The notes under the pieces: model-generated
The model's input: the letters and a program-made list of their open reading frames with translations, nothing else
Database searches by the model: none
Told to the model about the DNA's origin: nothing
In this document: piece after piece, positions 53,341 through 64,000 of the stretch
How positions within the stretch are numbered: the first letter of the stretch is position 1
How the letters are laid out: every line of letters begins with the position of its first letter
Origin: an uncultured Methanomicrobiales archaeon
Lineage (GTDB): Archaea; Halobacteriota; Methanomicrobia; Methanomicrobiales; Methanospirillaceae
DNA: 64,000 nucleotides
NCBI GenBank assembly: GCA_963758915.1
Contig: CAVWXH010000015.1
Span: 64,001-128,000, forward strand
Direction of reading: 5' to 3'
Position numbers and translations under genes: made by a program

Positions 53341-53430
53341 ACCCCTTTAATTCCACTCTAATAACATTCCAGCATAGTTAAATTGATCAACAGAGCTTAG
53401 AGAACCTGTATTACTTTCCAGTGGAAATGG
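53341..53430. promoter_or_regulatory. Inverted pair of ORB-like boxes between dim2 and hel308
   Basis: Minus strand TAGAGTGGAATTAAAGGGGT (53341-53360) and plus strand TTTCCAGTGGAAATGG (53415-53430). Confidence 0.5.
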
Positions 53431-53492
53431 TCATGTCGAATACCGGTCAATTATGGCTCTCTTCAATTAGCTCAACTAACGACCAGGAAAAA

Positions 53493-54032
53493 TTAGTAAT
53501 AATAGCTGATGACATCCTGCTTTAACTCCCTCTTTTTCTTTTCCAGGAAAGAGAAGACCGCTTCATGGGGAACGCCCTGGATAAGCATATCGATAGCAGT
53601 CCGGGCTACCTTAATATGCTCTGGTAAACCGATAAGGGCAATCGTTTTCCCGAACACCGATATGGAAACCTGTGTCATATCTTCGATCTGCTCCCTTGAT
53701 TTCCCGTCTTTTCCGATAATACGGCCCCTGATCCGGTCAAGCTGATTAGGAGTATCTGCTATTTCAGACAGGTCAATTACATCAAACAACAAATCCTCAT
53801 CATCGAGGAGACAAAAGGCACGCTCAGGTGAAAACCCCCGGTTAATGGCGTTAACCGTCTCAATTGCCCGTAAAGCCCCGAGTGCCTCTTCCCCCTCGAC
53901 CCTGACCATTCCCTCTTTACTATCTATCGTGATTTGAGCCCCGGATTTTTCCTCCAACTTCTTTTTCGTCGATCCTTCCTTTCCAATCAATGCTCCAATC
54001 CGGCTTCCTGAAACTTTTATTTCCTGCATCAT
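53493..54032 (-). CDS. KH-domain rRNA processing protein (Dim2/Pno1/Krr1 family)
   Basis: RIGALIGKEG, AINRGFSPERA, RGRIIGKDG, LIQGVPH; likely start ATG 54032. Confidence 0.9.
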   Translation of the reverse strand: MMQEIKVSGSRIGALIGKEGSTKKKLEEKSGAQITIDSKEGMVRVEGEEALGALRAIETVNAINRGFSPERAFCLLDDEDLLFDVIDLSEIADTPNQLDRIRGRIIGKDGKSREQIEDMTQVSISVFGKTIALIGLPEHIKVARTAIDMLIQGVPHEAVFSFLEKKKRELKQDVISYYY

Positions 54033-54045
54033 GACTAAATCACAC

Positions 54046-54849
54046 CTATTTTCCCAGCTGTTGTTTATCAAGATCCGGGAAGACAAGACCCGTAATCCTT
54101 GTAAAAAGTTCTCGTTCATCCTTCACTTCGCAGCGGGAAGAGAAGAAATGATTGATGTTTGCAATATCCCTTTTCAGGAATTGAAATGCTCTCGGATGAT
54201 CTGTTGTTACCGATTGTCCCATGTCGATGAAAAATGGCCGGTCCCCGAAAAGGATATTAAACTCGCTCAGATCCGCATGGATAAGCCCGGCTTTATTGTA
54301 CAAATCTACCATAAATGATATGATCTCCTCATAAGTTCCCGATGCATCCTCGAGGTTGACATTCCGCATCTGCGGGTACGGATGCCCGTCAGCCCCCATA
54401 AACTCCATTATGAGGATATTCCTGTCCCAGACATATGGTTCTGGTACTGAAAGACCTGCCTCGTGCGCCCGTTTCAAATTTGAAAATTCTTTTTTTGCCC
54501 AGGCAAAAATAAGGTCCTTTCGTGATTTTCGCATCCCTGTAAAACGACGGTCTCCAAGAATGTATTCATTCATCGTATTGAAATTAGCAGTTCTTATCCT
54601 GTAAATCTTGATAGCAACATCAGTCCCTTCCCGGTCGGCAAGAAAGACGTTTGCCTCTTTACCGGTGCTGATCGAACCCCCGATAGCCGAGAGCCACTTT
54701 TTATGGACCAGTTTGTATAGTGCGAGAAGTGTAATTTCGTCGAATACATCATCCCTGACTTTGAGATGGTTGGCATCCTTGATCCTGATACCGAGCCGGT
54801 CAACTTCGCGATCGAAATCAAATTCCTTTTCAGGCTGGTTTCTATTCAT
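54046..54849 (-). CDS. rio1: Rio1 serine/threonine kinase
   Basis: STGKEANV, AIKIY, WAKKEFSNL, IHADLSEFN, IDMGQSV. Confidence 0.94.
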   Translation of the reverse strand: MNRNQPEKEFDFDREVDRLGIRIKDANHLKVRDDVFDEITLLALYKLVHKKWLSAIGGSISTGKEANVFLADREGTDVAIKIYRIRTANFNTMNEYILGDRRFTGMRKSRKDLIFAWAKKEFSNLKRAHEAGLSVPEPYVWDRNILIMEFMGADGHPYPQMRNVNLEDASGTYEEIISFMVDLYNKAGLIHADLSEFNILFGDRPFFIDMGQSVTTDHPRAFQFLKRDIANINHFFSSRCEVKDERELFTRITGLVFPDLDKQQLGK

Positions 54850-54860
54850 AGAATCCTCCG

Positions 54861-55802
54861 TTAATGGACGTAATCCCGGACCGGGGCAAGGATCTCTGCC
54901 AGGTAAGTCCCGAGGGTCTTTTTCAGGTCGAGCGGGTGGATCTCTCCCTTCTGGTAGGCCTCATGAAGCGCGCAATAGTTGTTGAATTCCAAATCCCCGC
55001 CGAATTTTTCCGGCCGCCTGACACTCACCACAGGAACGCGGGGGAATACGTGGTACTGGAACATCTGGAGAACAGCATTGTCCTCACATTCAGGAGGACA
55101 GAACGCCTTCTGGCATTTTTTATTAATTGTTTCCTCTGTATCTGCAACTGAAATGTAATTGCCACTTGAGGAAGACATTTTCTTACCGTCAAGACCGTTG
55201 AGGATAGGTGTATGAATGCAGACCGGAGAGGAATATCCGGCATTGACAAGGTGCTCCCGTGCCAGCATATGGATCTTCCGCTGGTCAATCCCTCCGACCG
55301 CAGCATCTACCCCAAGCATCGCAATGTCGACCATCTGCATAATCGGGTAAATCATCTGCGAGACGGTCGGGGCCTCCATCTGCCGTCCGACCTCGTCCAT
55401 GCTCCTTGTCGCTCGGTTCAGGGTAATCTGCTGAGAGAGGCGGAGCATAAGGAGCTCATATTCGGGATTCAGCTGGAGTTCTGAGCCGAGGACAAATGTT
55501 ACATCCTTCAGGCCGAGCCCCTCAAAACACCGGCGGTTATAGTCGGCAAGCTCCCCGACCTCATCCATCGTCCCCTTCCGGTTCAGGAATGCATGGAGGT
55601 CAGCGAGCAGTACAACAACTTCAAACCCTGCGTCTTTGAGGTCCCGGAGTTTATTGACTGTTACCAGGTGACCAAGGTGGATCTCTCCACTCGGCTCGTA
55701 CCCGGCGTATACCCGCTTTTTCGGTTTTTTGAGGAGTATTTTTAGTTCTTCGTCAGTGACGACCTCTACGGTATTCCGTGTCGCCAGTGCATACGGGTCC
55801 AT
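54861..55802 (-). CDS. tyrS: Tyrosyl-tRNA synthetase
   Basis: YAGYEPSG, HLGH, YPIMQMVD, GGIDQRKIH, KMSSS. Confidence 0.96.
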   Translation of the reverse strand: MDPYALATRNTVEVVTDEELKILLKKPKKRVYAGYEPSGEIHLGHLVTVNKLRDLKDAGFEVVVLLADLHAFLNRKGTMDEVGELADYNRRCFEGLGLKDVTFVLGSELQLNPEYELLMLRLSQQITLNRATRSMDEVGRQMEAPTVSQMIYPIMQMVDIAMLGVDAAVGGIDQRKIHMLAREHLVNAGYSSPVCIHTPILNGLDGKKMSSSSGNYISVADTEETINKKCQKAFCPPECEDNAVLQMFQYHVFPRVPVVSVRRPEKFGGDLEFNNYCALHEAYQKGEIHPLDLKKTLGTYLAEILAPVRDYVH

Positions 55803-55839
55803 CAGAAATCATGGGTTATGAAGGGAGTTAATGGTTATT

Positions 55840-56859
55840 CTAAATCGCAGTAAACCCGAGCGCTTCGTTCGTCATGCGGATTGATCTCTCCGGATCCTTT
55901 TCAGACCCGATCATGGCCCGTATTGCATCGATATTTTCGACGACAACATCTGCTTCCTGGTGGATTGCCTGGAAGAGGTAGAGCTCTTTACCGACCATCG
56001 CAACGGAATCTTCGAAAATTCCGTTTTCCCATAGGTCCGAACGGCTGCGGCCGAGGTCCATGACATATTCCTTGAGCTCAGCGGTACTTGTGATACCGGT
56101 TGACTTGCGGACAAGTCCCATCCGGGGATGTTTTTCAATGATAGCAAGGATATCCTCACGAGTCGCTGCCTTTTTTAAATCCATGCTGATGGCATGCATG
56201 TGCATCATTGTTGTCGGGACAATCATTGCCATTGTCACGATAGGGATATGGGGGAGTACTGTCTGGACATCCGGACCATGATGGCTAGGGATTGTTACCG
56301 GGTTCAGGACGACTGCATCAATCGGGCCTTTCTTTATTTCCCCAGGGTCAGAACCACGTCGTACCATCACGGCCCGGACTTTTTCGACACCGTATGCCCT
56401 GTCCATTGCATGGATGATCCGGCACAGGCCTGTCGTGTTACAGGATACCACTCTCGCAAACTGGCGCCCAAATGCATCCTTGTAGTTACAGTCGGAATTG
56501 AAGGAGAAACCTGCGACTTCATGCTCTTCCCCTCCCTGGTAAATAGCTTTTACACCAATCTTCTGATAGAGGGGCTTGTTTTTTGCCCCGACGTCGCCAG
56601 GGGTCGCATCAATTACAATATCTGCTTTCGCAAGCATCTCATCAACGCTGCCTGCGACGGGAATGCCAACCTTATCAAATGCACTTTTCTTCGAAATATC
56701 CGCAATATAGAGCGGATAACCCCTTGACTTGGCTATAAATGCATCAGCATTGGGGCGTGTTTTCGAGACACCAACTATCTCCATATCAGGTTGGGCCGAT
56801 ACTGCATCAGCCACCCTTTTTCCAATGGTACCATACCCATTAATTGCAACTTTAATCAT
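55840..56859 (-). CDS. gap: Glyceraldehyde-3-phosphate dehydrogenase, archaeal type II
   Basis: NGYGTIGKRVADA, VVSCNTTG, PSHHGPD, HQEADVVVENIDAIRA. Confidence 0.96.
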   Translation of the reverse strand: MIKVAINGYGTIGKRVADAVSAQPDMEIVGVSKTRPNADAFIAKSRGYPLYIADISKKSAFDKVGIPVAGSVDEMLAKADIVIDATPGDVGAKNKPLYQKIGVKAIYQGGEEHEVAGFSFNSDCNYKDAFGRQFARVVSCNTTGLCRIIHAMDRAYGVEKVRAVMVRRGSDPGEIKKGPIDAVVLNPVTIPSHHGPDVQTVLPHIPIVTMAMIVPTTMMHMHAISMDLKKAATREDILAIIEKHPRMGLVRKSTGITSTAELKEYVMDLGRSRSDLWENGIFEDSVAMVGKELYLFQAIHQEADVVVENIDAIRAMIGSEKDPERSIRMTNEALGFTAI

Positions 56860-57287
56860 AACATGTGGAAATTCAAAATTAAATTATTTAAACCTAATCT
56901 TTTGATAACCGGGATTGAATGGCAGGTATCATGGAAGAGACCCAACCGATTGCAGAATTAATACTGTTCGGGATGAAAGCGAGATTATTTTGTTTTTGTC
57001 GAAGAGAATACAATTGCAAAAAACCCGATATTTTTGTCTTTTTAAACAACGAATATTGCGTTTTTAATGAACGTATATTGTAGAATCAACGATGAAAGCC
57101 AATGGTTTGCAATAGTGTCACCCAATGAACTATACATATCTTTCTATACCTTTGCAATTCTTATTGTTCAGGATTTCAATCCTGCCATGCTCAGGTCAGC
57201 CGTGGGAACGTTTAATGACAAAAGCAAGGTTAAAAATTTCAATGCGGTGAGAATACGAATTTCTTGCCAAAATCCGGGGTGTGAAAA

Positions 57288-60200
57288 ATGTATAAAAAAC
57301 AGGATATGCATAGCCTTAGCAGTAGCTGTAGTTCTTTAATATCATCGTTGAATTCCCGTTCGCCAGTAGTTACCCTTCTTATTATATTTTCGATTTTTTT
57401 GGTACTATTTGCGGCAGGTGGTGTGCATGCCGAGGAACCGACTATCTCAGGAGAGACGAACCAGGTACTAGCAACTATCACCCCAACAGGCACCCCGGCT
57501 GAGCAGGGAACAATAGAAAATGAAGTCATCCCCCCCGTATTACTAGTCCCCCCTGCCAGCACCCCGGCTGAGCAGGAATCAATAGGAAATGAAGTCATCC
57601 CCCCTGTAGTATTAGTCACCCCAACCGGTACCCCGGCTGAGCAGGAATCAATAGAAAATGAAGTCACTCCCCCTGTAGTATTAGTCACCCCAACCAGCAC
57701 CCCGGCTGAGCAGGAATCAATAGAAAATGAAGTCACTCCCCCTGTAGTATTAGTCACCCCAACCGGTACGCCGGCTGAGCAGGAATCAATAGGAAATGAA
57801 GTCATCCCCCCTGTAGTATTAGTCACCCCAACCAGCACCCCGGCTGAGCAGAACCTGGTTTTCCCGGAAGAGACAAGCCCGGTAGTAACTGAAGCCATCC
57901 TGATACTCACACCTATTGTAGATAACACCACACAATCAATTCAGGTCGCAGAATCTCCCATAATATCACCTGAATTCAATACCACGACATTCATCCCCTT
58001 GACAAACAATTCAGTGGTCTTACCACAGATTCCTGATCCCTTTATTTTACCGAATATAACAGTGCAAGGAACTGATGGTGCAGCACTGGCTAATACATCG
58101 TTGGTAACGAACGAGATCAACCAGAGCATGGTCTTAGAAAATGTGACCCAGGACCTGCCAGGCCTGCCGGGTAACAATTATACCTGGTCTGACCCCCCCC
58201 TCAATACAACCCATGACAATCCATATTACCTGAACAACCAGAGCTGGGTCATAAATGAATCCGGACACAACTGGATAATGGACCTGGAACCGGCTAACAA
58301 CACCAATTATCCATCAGGCATCCAATTCGATGGTACAAATACGTTCTCTGGTTTTGGCATTAACTTCGCGATTCTTATCAATGCCTCCAATGTGATATTC
58401 GACGGGATGGGTGCCATCCTGAACGGTGGCGGAAATACGGAGTACGGGATTATTGTTAATAACCAGTCTGCAGCGAATTACAATAATTTTGGATCATCCC
58501 CGTCGATGGGTGGGATCAGCATCACGAACATCACGCTGACCGGGTTCAAGATTGCCGGAATTTTCTTTAACAACGTAATTGGCGATCAACCACTGGATAT
58601 TGTTTCGAATATCACCCATGTGAATGCGAGTGGAAACCTGGGAAGTGGCATTGTCCTTTCGAATTCCGCGAATATTGAGGTCAGTAATAACCATGTCTAT
58701 GATAACCTGCAAAATGGGATCCTGCTCCAGTTATCCAGTAATAACAATGTATCCTGGAATGAGGCGATCAACAACACCTGGAGCGGGGTGAATGTCACCT
58801 CGTCCGCTGATAACAGGATCGACTGGAATAATCTTACTTATAACAGGGAAGGCCTAGTCCTCGCCAACGCCTGGAATAATACGCTCACCCGGAATAACGC
58901 AAGTTACAACAATGAATATGGGTACCTGCTGAATGGCTCCTGGAATAATTCCATATCAGGCAGTACAGTCCGCAACAACAACTTCGATGGGATCCACCTC
59001 ACCAATTCCAGTGTGAATAACCTTACAGAAAATATTGTCATCAACAACCGGATCGGTATCGTCCTGAACGGCTCGAATGAAAACATACTGTCTGGCAATA
59101 ATGCCAGTTACAATACTCAGAACGGGATGGTTCTTACGAACTCAAGTTCGAATATTCTCTATAACAATACCGCATCGCGGAACACATTGAATGGTATCTA
59201 CCTCAATGCGTCGAGTACTGATAATAACCTGACCCATAATTATGCAAACAGCAACACGCAGAATGGCATTGTCTTATCGGGTATTGGTTTTAATAATCTG
59301 ACAGGAAATAATGCGAGTGGGAACCAGGATGGTATTGTATTACTCAATGCCTGGAATACTACGCTGATCGGGAACAACGCGAGTTACAACCTGCAATCGG
59401 GGATTCATCTGGTATCATCCCGAAATAATACTCTTGATTCAAATATTGCGTTTGGAAACACGCTATATGGGTTATACCTCGATTCTTCAGTGAACAACAC
59501 CCTCAACGCGAATAATGCGAGTAATGGCAATAGTATTGGGATAAATCTATATAATTTATCAAGTGGCAACACGCTGACGGGCAATAATGCCAGCCGAAAC
59601 AACGATAAGGGTATCGAGATCTCCACGTCAAGTAATTCCAACATGTTGGTTAATAACACCGTTATTTTAAATACGAATTATGGTGTCCGGATTTTCAGAC
59701 TCCAGTTTCAACAACCTTTCAGGGAATAATGCCAGTAACAATAAATACGGGATATATCTGGATAATTCCGCAGTAAATAATACAATCGCTTCAAATTCGA
59801 TCGTAAGTAATACCCTTGATGGGATTTTCCTCACTGGTTCAACGAATAATTCCATCTTCTCAAATTATTTGAGTAAAAACCTTAACTACGGGGTTTCCCT
59901 GACTAACTCTCAGAATAACCAGATATCAGGTAACAGTATCAATCTAAGTGTACGTGGGGTTTATCTTACCGGCTCTTCTGGAAACACCCTTGAAAACAAT
60001 ACCATCTCCTACAATTCACAAAGGGGCATCTCCCTCTCCAGTTCTCCGGATAATACGATCAGTAACAACACTCTGTTCAAAAATACTTATGGCATCTACC
60101 TGGAGTCGTCGTCGAACCAGAATAACCTCAATAGCAACGATGTGTCATCCAATAACGATACCGGTATTTACCTTTTTGGATCCCGCAATAATTCGTTGTT

Positions 60201-63200
60201 TAATAACACAGCCACAAATAACCCCACCAGTGGTATCCAACTGGTCTCTTCGAGTGATGGCAACACCCTGACTTCGAACAATGCAAGCAGCAATGCCCAG
60301 AATGGCATTTCCATCACCAGCTCAAATTACAACAATCTGACGGCGAATATTGCAGGAAACAATTTACTGAATGGAATCATCCTCACCACATCGAGTAATG
60401 GCAACAACCTGACAGCCAACGATGCGAGCAACAACAACCAGAACGGTATCCTGATTAGTGACTCGAACCGGAATACCCTAACCGGGAACAATGCAAGTTA
60501 CAACACATTGAATGGGATCCGCCTAACAAATTCGAACAATAATAGCCTTAATGACAACATTGCGAACCTGAACCGTGGTTACAGCGGTATCAACCTTACC
60601 GGGTCGAGCAACAATACCCTGTTCAACAATACTGCCTGGTATAACCCGCAGAACGGCATTATCCTGAATGGCTCGAGCAATGGCAATAACCTGAAAGCCA
60701 ACGATGCGAGTAACAACTACCAGAATGGTATTCTTGTCAATGGTTCGAACAACAATACCCTGACGGGGAATGTAGCCGGGAATAATTCATATAATGGCAT
60801 CCTTCTGACGAGTTCCAATAATAACACACTCACGAGCAATATCGCGAACCTGAACCGTGGTTACAGTGGCATCAACCTTACCGGGTCGAGCAACAATACC
60901 CTGTTCAACAACACCGCCTGGTACAACCAGCAGAACGGAATTATCCTTAATGGATCGAGTAATGGCAACAACCTTACAGCCAACGAGGCAAGCAACAATA
61001 ACCAGAATGGTATCTGGATTAACGGTTCAAATCTGAATACCCTTACCGGGAACGTCGCTGGTAACAATTCACTAAATGGGATACTGCTGACTGGTTCGAA
61101 CAACAACACCCTCACCAGCAACATAGCGAATTCCAACCGAGGTTACAGTGGTATAAACCTGACTGGATCGAGCAACAATACCCTGTTCAACAACACCGCC
61201 TGGTATAACCCGCAGAATGGGATTATCCTGAACGGATCAAGTAATGGTAACAACCTGACAGCCAACGATGCGAGTAACAACAACCAGAACGGTATCCTGA
61301 TAAATAGTTCAAACCTGAACCAGCTGACAGGGAACGTTATAGGAAATAACTCTTTTAATGGCATACTCCTGACAAATTCGAACAACAATAACCTCAGCAG
61401 CAATATTGCAAATTCAAACCGAGGTTACAGCGGGATTAACCTGACCGGGTCGAGCAACAATACCCTGTTCAACAATACCGCCTGGTATAACCCGCAGAAC
61501 GGGATAATTCTCACAGCATCCAGTAACGGGAATAATCTTACAAGAAACGATGCGAGCAACAACAACCAGGATGGTATACTGGTCAACGGTTCAAATGTTA
61601 ACAGCCTGACCCAGAACACCGCAGGTAACAATCTCCGGAATGGAATTCTCATCAATAATTCGCAGTATAACCTCCTCACCGGGAACAATGCAAGTTCCAA
61701 TACCCTCAATGGCATCATTCTAACAAATTCTTCGCAGAACACTCTCAATTCGAACATCGCCAATAATAATCTCCAGACGTACGGAATATACCTCAATAAC
61801 TCCGGCCAGAATACCCTGATAAATAATAGTATGTCAGGGAATACCCTGAACTTCGGCCTTGATGGAGCAACCGACCAGGACTTTATCCAGACTATTGACA
61901 GGACAAACCTGGTGAACGGAAAAAGTATCGTCTACCTGTATAACGCAAACCGGGTGGTTGTCGATCGCAATTCGAACGCGGGGATGGTCATCGCCATTAA
62001 CAGTACAGGCCTGATACTCGAGGACCTCAGGCTATCCACCAACGAGTACGGGGTATATTTCAGGAATACCAAAAACTCACAGCTCTTCAATGTCACTGCC
62101 ACCGGGAACCTGAATGGTATGACGCTCGATAAGGGGAGCTCAGGCAATTCTATTGATGACAGCAACTCCTCCGGAAACCAATTGAACGGCCTCCTGGTCC
62201 AATCCTCGAATTCCAACATAATCACAGACAGCAGGTTCAATACCAATGGTCTGAACGGCATTGTCCTCAATTCATCAAATTTGAACACAATGGACAGCGT
62301 TACTACGGATAATAATGCATTAAATGGTATTTTCCTGAATAATTCGAACCAGAACGTCATATCACTGGGTACGGTGACCAATAACAAGCTTGACGGGATC
62401 AACCTTTCAGGATCGAATAATAACACATTGAATACCAATACAATCCGTGGGAACAGCCGGAATGGGATTATCCTGAACAGTTCCGGTGATAATCGCCTGA
62501 TTGGAAACGTCGTTGAGGATAATCTGCAAAATGGTATCGCTCTAACAAATTCCAGTAATGTTAATGCCCTGCTGGCAAACAAGGTGAACAACAATACCCT
62601 CAACGGGATCCTTATTGAAAACTCCAACAATAACAGCCTCACTGGGAATAGTGCAAAAAACAACAGGAATCTTGACGGTATCAACCTGTCCGGCTCAAAC
62701 AATAACATCTTAAACTTAAATACTGCAACGGGAAACGCCGGAAATGGTATCTCCCTCAATTCTTCTAATAATAACGAACTGAATGGAAATACTGCCAGTA
62801 CCAATACATTAAACGGAATATTCCTTTCGCAGTCGAATAACAACACCCTTTCCGGGAACAACGCGAATAGCAACCTGGCGAACGGGACATACCTGCTCAA
62901 CTCGGTTAACAATACGTTGTCCGACAATTTTGCAAATAACAACCAGCAGAACGGTATATCGCTTGTGTCATCAGGTTCCAGCAGACTGCTCCGTAATAGT
63001 CTTGACCAAAACACAATGAACGGGATTTCCTTACTGTCATCCAATTCAAGCATTCTTACATCAAACAATGCAATCAACAACACACTCGCCGGGGTCCTTC
63101 TTTCAAACTCCTACAACGGCACCCTTTCTCTCAATGTCGCAAATGATAACCGGGGCCAGGGCGGGATTGTTCTCACCAATTCCGGAAACACCACGCTTGC

Positions 63201-64000
63201 CAGCAACACGGCTTCAGGGAATGCACAGCAGGGAATCTCCCTTTCAGGATCGAATGACAACAACCTGACAGGAAATTCTGCCAACTCAAATGCCCAGAAC
63301 GGTATCCTTGTTTTAAACTCTGTGAATAATACCCTGAATAACAATGTCGCAAATTCGAATGCCCTGAACGGCATCCGTCTTTCCGGCTCACAAAATAATT
63401 CGTTGGCCCAGAACACGGCACAGGGGAATACAGGAAACGGGATATCCCTTGATAATTCGGTTTCCAATAACCTTTCGGGTAACACAGTGACCGGTAATAC
63501 CCAGAATGGTATCGCTCTCACTGCAGCGTCCAACTGGAATAACCTGACAGCGAATACCGCAAGTAGTAACCTGCAAAATGGTATTTCGCTGACAGGTTCA
63601 CAAAATAACAATATTTCAAACAATATCGTCAACAGTAATACCCGGAATGGTATCAGTCTCACGACTTCCGCTAACAATCAGCTTACAAATAACTCTGCCA
63701 GCCTTAACCAGCAGAACGGTATCCTGGTTACATCGAGTAACGGCAACAGCCTGATACTGAACAATGCAAACGGGAATGTTCAAAACGGTATATCGCTTTC
63801 CCAATCGAATTCGAATAACCTGACGCTGAATACCGCAAATGGCAATTCAGCGAATGGAATTATTCTCAGTAATTCGAATGATAATATTCTTGGATCGAAT
63901 GTTGCAAACAATAACCAGCTCTACTATGGATTATACCTCACCTCTTCGGGTAACAATACCCTCCGCAATAACAGCATGGCCGGGAATACCCTTAACTTTG
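57288..64000 (+). CDS. Giant secreted right-handed beta-helix (PbH1/NosD-repeat) surface glycoprotein; +1 frameshift at 59692-59695; runs off window
   Basis: Signal peptide ending AGGVHA; GI.L..S.NN.L..N repeats; after removing one T the frame (TCA GAC TCC AGT...) appears open to 64000, giving >2,200 codons. Confidence 0.85.
57479..57851 (+). repeat. Coding tandem repeat, 69 bp (23 aa) x ~5.4
   Basis: TPT(G/S)TPAEQESI(E/G)NEV(I/T)PPVVLV; CCGGCTGAGCAG recurs every 69 bp. Confidence 0.92.
60350..61760 (+). repeat. Coding tandem repeat, 282 bp (94 aa) x ~4-5
   Basis: AACCG(T/A)GGTTACAG at 60571, 60853, 61135 and 61417 (exact 282-bp period). Confidence 0.9.

Noticed and set aside
60350-61760. 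Diversity-generating retroelement TR/VR pair
   Set aside because: The repeats are in-frame tandem units, differences are not adenine-restricted, and no reverse transcriptase is in the window.
57239-63804. Many long minus-strand ORFs (e.g. 61932-63083, 57239-57931)
   Set aside because: Antisense shadows of the repetitive Asn/Ser/Thr-rich plus-strand gene.

Overview
Archaeal chromosomal segment, most likely from a hydrogenotrophic methanogen of the Methanomicrobiales (inferred from gene content and protein style). It holds core genes (orc1/cdc6 with an ORB-bearing replication origin, PolD small subunit, Hel308, Cgi121, Rio1, Dim2, TyrRS, GAPDH, purA/purE, pdxS/T, ribC/H, thiC-like, two cofH, cbiB, hppA) and a complete ACDS operon (cdhABCDE). 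That operon is extended by an unusual module: corrinoid protein, DUF166, RACo-type activator and CooC. Other notable items are an anchor-less SdhAB/FrdAB pair, two COG1361-MacB-type ABC operons (one followed by a stand-alone condensation-domain protein) and the first >2,200 codons of a giant beta-helix surface protein with nested repeats. A ~260-bp hairpin-rich MITE-like repeat occurs four times, always between convergent genes. Six single-base +1 frameshifts, several in short homopolymer runs, suggest long-read consensus errors rather than true pseudogenes. No tRNA, rRNA, CRISPR array or transposase was seen.
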